From the NCBI GenBank assembly GCA_043815445.1, contig JBDRIY010000054.1, forward strand, positions 527 through 64,526: a DNA stretch of 64,000 bases, read 5' to 3'. This DNA comes from Candidatus Omnitrophota bacterium. Lineage in GTDB: Bacteria; Omnitrophota; Gorgyraeia; Duberdicusellales; 4484-171. The notes beneath the pieces are model-generated. The model made no database searches, had not been told where the DNA came from, and saw nothing but the letters and a program-made list of their open reading frames with translations. The position numbers and the translations under genes are program-made. This document shows positions 59,571 to 64,000 of this stretch, piece after piece (positions within the stretch are counted from its first letter, which is position 1; the number at the start of each line of letters is the position of its first letter).

Positions 59571-60272
59571 TTATTTCCTTGCCAAAAAGGTAATTGCTGG
59601 GCTACCTTTATGATTTTCTTTCCGGATTACTTCAATCTTTTTAAAGCCTACATTTCTTACCATTGTAAGCATATCATCCTCTAACATCCGAAACGAGTTC
59701 TGATGCAAACCAGAAAGGCAATTTTGAAGGTCTTCTTTTACATGCTTGCCTCGATAAACACAGCCTTGATAATCCATCTCTATTATGGGGCCGTGAGGGT
59801 CATCTCTAACAGCGTAATGCGTCCAGACAAATAAATTATCAGTAAGCTGAGCAACGCGGGAAAGAACAGAAACGGGATTCTCCAAATGGTAAAGAATACC
59901 TGAGGCAAAACATAAGCCAAACGGTCCGGATAAAACCGGCAATATATCATTTAAATCTCCTAATAAAAATTTGCACTTATCTAAAGATAAAGCATTCTTT
60001 ACGATTAAACACTTTAAGAAATTTTCTATTCTTCCTTCAATGGCAATAACCTCTTTTGCTCCTAAAGCTTGAAGCATAGAAGAATGTGACCCCTCTAAAC
60101 AGCCTAATTCTAAAACCCGAAAACCTTTCAAACTTATTCTTTTAGCTAATTCATTAATTCGAGATTCAGGATCAAGGTTTAAATGCCCGCCTTCAATAGC
60201 TAATTGTTCTAAACGCAGCTTACAAAACCAATCTTTATAAATTTGAAAACCATACAATTCCCTTATATCCAT
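59571..60272 (-). CDS. Class I SAM-dependent methyltransferase
   Basis: RVLELGCLEG motif I, AIEGR..N, GILYHL..P. Confidence 0.85.
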   Translation of the reverse strand: MDIRELYGFQIYKDWFCKLRLEQLAIEGGHLNLDPESRINELAKRISLKGFRVLELGCLEGSHSSMLQALGAKEVIAIEGRIENFLKCLIVKNALSLDKCKFLLGDLNDILPVLSGPFGLCFASGILYHLENPVSVLSRVAQLTDNLFVWTHYAVRDDPHGPIIEMDYQGCVYRGKHVKEDLQNCLSGLHQNSFRMLEDDMLTMVRNVGFKKIEVIRKENHKGSPAITFLARK

Positions 60273-60300
60273 TGTTCTCTCCTACTCCTGCACTCCAAGT

Positions 60301-60714
60301 TTATTTTATGCTTTTAGAGCTTTGATCGGAAATCTTAACTATCTTCTGCGTTTGACTAATATAAGTCTGAGTATTCTTATCTATTATATCTGACAAAATC
60401 GCTAAATCTCTGCTTAAGTTTCTGGCGACTTTCTCTAAAATCTTGAATTGAACCTCCATAGATTCTCTTAATTCTTTTGTGTGTACCCTTAAAAGATGAA
60501 TTATCTGCTTTTCTATCCTGTCACTACAAGAATTAATAGTAATATTTAACTGCTCAAATTGAACATCGAGACATTCCCTTAATTCCTTCGTATGCGCCCC
60601 TGCAAGGTGAATTATCTGATCTTCCAACCTATTATTACAAGAATTAATATTACTGTTTAATGCCTCAAATTGAACCTCAATGCATTTTTCTAATTCTCTC
60701 TGCGCTCTACCCAT
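60301..60714 (-). CDS. Helical protein with 37-aa tandem repeats
   Basis: ELxxCxxVQFExLNxxINSCxxRxExQIIHLxxxHTK twice, plus a partial third copy. Confidence 0.6.
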   Translation of the reverse strand: MGRAQRELEKCIEVQFEALNSNINSCNNRLEDQIIHLAGAHTKELRECLDVQFEQLNITINSCSDRIEKQIIHLLRVHTKELRESMEVQFKILEKVARNLSRDLAILSDIIDKNTQTYISQTQKIVKISDQSSKSIK

Positions 60715-60716
60715 TT

Positions 60717-62129
60717 TTAACTCTCCTTTAATCTAATTAAATTATTAAAAGGTATCTTAACTTTATCACCCAAAGATTCCCTAATAAATTCTAACTTCTC
60801 TAACCTTGCTTGAAAATAATTTTTTTCACCCTCAATTAACCAGCCATTGGTTCTGTTTCTGTTTAAAATAAAGATTCCAAAAGTCTTCCTTTCCCGATAA
60901 AGAAGAGAAGAAGGCATTAACACTAAAGAATGGAGATAAACTGTATCTATAAATTCAAGATTTCTTTTTAGAAAATTCACTGTTAAATTAATATCTTCCC
61001 ATGTTTCTTCGGGGAACCCAACGATTATATTAATACTTGAAGAAATCCCCGCTTTTTTTGTATTTTGAATTACTTCTTCGGCTAAGATAGTAGAAAAATT
61101 CTTTCTCATTAATTTTAAAATCTTAGGGCTGGCGCTCTCCAAGCCATAACTTACCGATGAAAAACCAGCTTTTTTCATTTTTTTTAAAAATTCAAAATTC
61201 ATTCCTTCTCTAATCATTGCCTGGCCGCTCCAGGTAAACTTTGTATTTTTCTCTATAATTAAATCAACTAACTTACATAAATTTTTCATATCGCCGTTAA
61301 CAAGAGAGTCATTAAAAAAGAAATATTCAGCTTGATGGTTATTCTTTAACTGATAATCTATCTCCGCGTAAATATTGGCAGCCTCTCTTCTTCTATATTT
61401 TCCCCATAATATTGATTCCTCGCAAAAAGAACAACAATTAATACACCCCCTGCTGGTAGAAATAGGCACCCCAGTTTCATCATATAACCGTAAATCAAAA
61501 TCCTTAAAATCAGCAAAAGGCAAAGAATCAAGATTATCAACAAGATCTTGCTTGCCGCAATTTATAATTTTACCATTACTGTCCTTATATATAAATCCCG
61601 GGCAATAGCCAATGCGGCCTTTATTATCTTTAATAGTATTTACTAAATTATTAAAAACTACTTCTCCTTCCTGAAGGCATACAGCATCAACATTATGATT
61701 TTGTAAAAATTCAATGGCAAAATTTTCCCTAAAACAACTTATCCCCCCAGCTACTGTCTTTACTGCCGGAGATTTCTCCTTAATTCTGGAAGCAATTTCC
61801 CCGCTAAACCACCGGGAAGTGTCATAAATAGTAAACCCTGCTATTTGGATATCTTTTTCTAAAACTTCATCTATCAGTTGATTAATATAATAATCATATT
61901 CTTTTATAAATCTTAATACCGAATCTCTATCATACCAATCTATATCCTCATTCTCTGCTCCAGAGGAAGATGATTTCTTTTTAAATTCAGAATACCTTTG
62001 CAATTTGACATTAAAATCATAACACAAAACGCTATGACCTTCTTTTTTTAAACATGCCGACAACAAAGCTATGCTATAGGGCGGTGTCATTACGCTCCAA
62101 AAAGGGCATTGAATTAAAGCTATATTCAT
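60717..62129 (-). CDS. B12-binding radical SAM protein
   Basis: PPYSIALLSA, AGG, TSRGCINCCSFC, FNDSLVNG, GLESAS, IVGFPEET. Confidence 0.9.
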   Translation of the reverse strand: MNIALIQCPFWSVMTPPYSIALLSACLKKEGHSVLCYDFNVKLQRYSEFKKKSSSSGAENEDIDWYDRDSVLRFIKEYDYYINQLIDEVLEKDIQIAGFTIYDTSRWFSGEIASRIKEKSPAVKTVAGGISCFRENFAIEFLQNHNVDAVCLQEGEVVFNNLVNTIKDNKGRIGYCPGFIYKDSNGKIINCGKQDLVDNLDSLPFADFKDFDLRLYDETGVPISTSRGCINCCSFCEESILWGKYRRREAANIYAEIDYQLKNNHQAEYFFFNDSLVNGDMKNLCKLVDLIIEKNTKFTWSGQAMIREGMNFEFLKKMKKAGFSSVSYGLESASPKILKLMRKNFSTILAEEVIQNTKKAGISSSINIIVGFPEETWEDINLTVNFLKRNLEFIDTVYLHSLVLMPSSLLYRERKTFGIFILNRNRTNGWLIEGEKNYFQARLEKLEFIRESLGDKVKIPFNNLIRLKES

Positions 62130-62144
62130 TTTTAATTTTGCTTT

Positions 62145-64000
62145 TTAGCTAACCAGCTTATAGTTTACATACCAAGCTTGGAACATCAAGTAAGTTCTTA
62201 TTTTTTTTCTATTGTCTCTCTTACCTGACAGGTGCTCATTAAATAAATAGTTGACATAATCATAGTTAAAAATATTTTGTTTAATTATAAAATTCTTATT
62301 AAAAAATTCTTCCACAATTCCAAAGAATTTTTTATCTCTAAGCCAATCAGAAAAAGGAATAGGAAAGCCTTTTTTTGGCCGAGATAAGATTTGTTTCGGT
62401 AGAATTCCGGCCATAGCTTCCTTTAATAGCTTTTTTTGATATATAAATTCAGGCCTAAGGCTTAAAGTAAATTCAACCAATTGATGATCTAAGTAAGGCA
62501 CCCTCACTTCTAAAGAAGAAAACATACCGGCTCTATCAGATTTAACCAGTAAATCATCACAAAGATAAGTGGAGATATCTAAATGCTGAATAATTCGGCT
62601 GCAAGAACTGGATTCTAAATCTCTAAAGCTCTTAGCAAAATCATCAACAGTCTCACAACCTATACTTCTATTAAAAAGACACTCCTTCTCACTGCTTGAA
62701 AATGCCCCCATCCATAAAAGATGCCTTAAAATAAGGTCTTGAATATTCGCTCCTCTAATGAACTGTTTTAATTTAAAATCTATGCTGAAATATTTATCAG
62801 AAGCTGGCAATAAATCTATTAAGCGTTTGCTTATTTTTTGAAACATCTGAGGAAATTTATTGAATAATTTTATGTACTTGTGGGCAATGTAAGTTGGATA
62901 TCCCATAAATAATTCATCCGCGCCTTCTCCGGATAAAGCAACCTTTATGTGTTTACGGGAAAATTTAGAAAGAAAGTAGGTAGGAAATATGGACATATCA
63001 GCGAATGGTTCATCTAAAAGGCTTGTTACTTCATGAAAACTACCTATAAAGTCATCTATAGTAAAAGTATACGCGTAATGGCTGGTTCCCAGGTATTTTG
63101 CCGCAAGAAAAGCATATCTTGACTCATCAAATGTTTTTTCTTTAAAGCCTATAGAAAAAGTAGAGAGACGCTGGGCGCGCGATTTCTTTGCTAATACCGC
63201 TAAACTGATAGAATCTATTCCTCCGCTTAAAAATACCCCTAAAGGAACGTCACTTATAAGATGCTCTTTTACTGAATTGTAAAGAAGGTTCTTCAGCTCT
63301 TCTTTTGCCTCATAAAAAGATATTTTATTATTAACAGCGCATTCGCCTAAATTCCAATAACGTTGAACTTCAACATTATTGTCTTTACAGAAAATATAAT
63401 GAGCCGGCTTAAGTTTATGGATATTTTTAAAAATAGAATAAGGACAGGGAACATACTCTAAAGAAAAATATAAGTCTAAAGCCTTACTGTCTAATTTTTT
63501 CTCTATAAAAGGCAGCTTTAGTAAAGCTTTTAGCTCTGAAGAAAAGGCGAATATTCCATCTTTATTATAATAATATAAAGGTTTAATCCCAAATCTATCC
63601 CTTGCTATAAAAAGGCGCTTCTTAACCTTATCCCATAAAGCAAAAGCAAACATTCCTTTTATATATTTAAGACAGTTTGGGCCGTACTCTTCATAAAGAT
63701 GAACTAATACTTCAGAATCAGTATCAGTGTAAAAAATATGACCTTTCTTTATTAAGTTATCTTTTAACAGATAAAAATTATACAGCTCTCCATTGCATAC
63801 TACTGCTAAACTTTTATCTTCATTAAATATCGTCTGGGAACCCATTTTTAAACCTATAATACTCAGCCTTCTTATACCCAACGAAATGTTTTCATCAAGA
63901 TGCTTCCCTTTTTCGTCAGGACCGCGATGGTATAAAATACCAAGCATATCATCTATAAACCTGTTTCTTTTCTCTAAACTTAATCCTTTTATCCCGCAAA
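62145..64000 (-). CDS. asnB: Asparagine synthetase (glutamine-hydrolysing) family amidotransferase; start at or beyond the window edge
   Basis: In-frame CGI at 63998, HRGPD, NGELYN, RDRFGIKPLYY, LSGGIDS, SGEGADE, EVRVPYLD, KKGF. Confidence 0.9.
   Translation of the reverse strand, partial: CGIKGLSLEKRNRFIDDMLGILYHRGPDEKGKHLDENISLGIRRLSIIGLKMGSQTIFNEDKSLAVVCNGELYNFYLLKDNLIKKGHIFYTDTDSEVLVHLYEEYGPNCLKYIKGMFAFALWDKVKKRLFIARDRFGIKPLYYYNKDGIFAFSSELKALLKLPFIEKKLDSKALDLYFSLEYVPCPYSIFKNIHKLKPAHYIFCKDNNVEVQRYWNLGECAVNNKISFYEAKEELKNLLYNSVKEHLISDVPLGVFLSGGIDSISLAVLAKKSRAQRLSTFSIGFKEKTFDESRYAFLAAKYLGTSHYAYTFTIDDFIGSFHEVTSLLDEPFADMSIFPTYFLSKFSRKHIKVALSGEGADELFMGYPTYIAHKYIKLFNKFPQMFQKISKRLIDLLPASDKYFSIDFKLKQFIRGANIQDLILRHLLWMGAFSSSEKECLFNRSIGCETVDDFAKSFRDLESSSCSRIIQHLDISTYLCDDLLVKSDRAGMFSSLEVRVPYLDHQLVEFTLSLRPEFIYQKKLLKEAMAGILPKQILSRPKKGFPIPFSDWLRDKKFFGIVEEFFNKNFIIKQNIFNYDYVNYLFNEHLSGKRDNRKKIRTYLMFQAWYVNYKLVS

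Noticed and set aside
2194-61608. Numerous 60-125 aa ORFs antisense to or nested in long genes (e.g. 2194, 8624, 15928, 20906, 33479, 59101)
   Set aside because: They lie within well-supported genes and show typical antisense-shadow composition without motifs.
1-64000. CRISPR array, rRNA, integrase/transposase or prophage
   Set aside because: No regularly spaced repeat-spacer array or recognisable genes of these types were seen; the repeats are palindromic or heptameric.
62145-64000. asnB as a lasso cyclase for the three peptides
   Set aside because: It has a full glutaminase domain, lies 20 kb away among glycan-type genes, and no transglutaminase-like B2 protease was seen. An amidotransferase role is more likely.

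Overview
AT-rich bacterial chromosome segment, almost all genes on the minus strand. Gene content and repeat types suggest Ca. Omnitrophota or a related uncultured anaerobe (inference). Bases 1-20.7 kb are housekeeping: pheA (partial), a PTS operon (EIIA-yvcK-ptsH-ptsI-nucleotidyltransferase), three tRNAs, rpsB-tsf-pyrH-frr, msbA/oxidoreductase/lpxB, mnmG, gpmA, an intein-containing class II ribonucleotide reductase with tandem NrdR boxes, and a LacI regulator. Bases 25-64 kb are a large accessory biosynthetic and glycosylation region. Its core (about 28.6-48.3 kb) looks like an undescribed RiPP system: three short paralogous precursor peptides with a conserved 24-aa leader (KxKFKPEIxxVKLxxEQAVL) and hypervariable Cys-containing cores, a PqqD/RRE protein, three radical SAM/SPASM enzymes, an HprK-like P-loop protein, an ABC exporter, a U32-TPR protein, a UPF0489 (arginase-like)-TPR protein, a nucleotidyltransferase-S26 peptidase fusion, and duplicated GT-C glycosyltransferases each followed directly by a precursor gene. 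Further right are more glycosyltransferases, four more radical SAM enzymes (two B12-binding), a methyltransferase, repeat-containing coiled-coil proteins and asnB. Five small toxin-antitoxin or selfish modules are interspersed. Several palindromic and heptamer repeat families occur, some inserted in frame inside genes. Three genes carry single-base homopolymer frameshifts, probably sequencing errors. All family assignments are from motif recognition only; no database searches were run.
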